Assembly (NCBI GenBank): GCA_973895155.1
Contig: OZ316894.1
Coordinates: 26,583,240 to 26,647,239, forward strand
DNA from: Marsupella aquatica
Taxonomy: Eukaryota > Plantae > Marchantiophyta
Direction: 5' to 3'
DNA: 64,000 nucleotides
The notes under the pieces are model-generated. The model was given only the letters and a program-made list of their open reading frames with translations, was not told the DNA's origin and did not search any database. How positions within the stretch are numbered: position 1 is the stretch's first letter; each line of letters begins with the position of its first letter. Both the position numbers and the translations under genes were made by a program. Positions 63,601-64,000 of this stretch are shown in pieces.

Positions 63601-64000
63601 CATATCTCCTATAGTAGCTCGCCAATCCCAAGAATGCACGAACTCTGCTCACATCAGTAGGACGAGGAATCTGTCTAATGGCCTCCACTTTAGTCTGTTG
63701 TACACCCAATCCCCCTGGGTATATAGTGTGGCCCAAATACTCAATCTGTTCTTGGAAGAATTTACACTTGCCAGGATGGAGCTTTAACCCATGTGCTCTC
63801 AATCTCTCCAACACAATCTGCAAGTGTTGCTGATGTTCTTCCATAGTAGAAGAATAAACCAAAATATCATCAATATAACATCTGACAAAATCCAAACCCG
63901 CAAGGATTCGATCCATGACTCTCTGAAACTCAGCTGGTGCATTCTTCAACCCAAATGGTAAGAACAACCACTGATACAAACGATCCTTGCCATAAGAATC
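60675..64000 (-). mobile_element. Ty3/gypsy LTR retrotransposon copy 2: RT-RNaseH-integrase-PHD + 3' LTR; continues past the right edge
   Basis: RT (LPFGLKNAP, YIDD), RNaseH (LHTDWS, YEGECLA, TDHQPL, ADGLSR), HHCC (HAHEELGH..CVVC) and DDE core in gypsy order, ending in a C4HC3 PHD finger (61455-61595). There is an in-frame TAG at 62624 and a frameshift at ~62318. PPT AGAGGGGCGA precedes the LTR at 60675-61279. Confidence 0.95.

Overview
This is eukaryotic nuclear DNA from a land plant, most likely a seed-free lineage with flagellated sperm (bryophyte, lycophyte or fern), inferred from a MYCBPAP/FAP147-like ciliary gene. Six host genes could be reconstructed by hand. MED25/PFT1 (-) runs off the left edge. 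An AGO4-clade Argonaute (-) has 21 coding exons and an intact DEDH tetrad. A homeobox-DDT RINGLET-type gene (-) is completely intronless over 1797 codons. The others are a MYCBPAP-like gene (+), the plastid DHNA phytyltransferase menA/ABC4 (-) and CPP1 (-). The right 10 kb is a nest of transposons just upstream of the CPP1 start codon. It holds a degenerate CRE-clade (RT + restriction-like endonuclease) non-LTR element that appears to have hit the same target repeatedly with very long TSDs. It also holds two nested same-family Ty3/gypsy elements whose integrase ends in a C4HC3 PHD finger instead of a chromodomain. Other features are a ~1.7 kb foldback with ~600 bp arms upstream of the Argonaute, two probable non-autonomous Helitrons, MITEs and several short tandem duplications, two of which duplicate splice acceptors. 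All exon boundaries were read manually, and family assignments rest on remembered motifs, not database searches.
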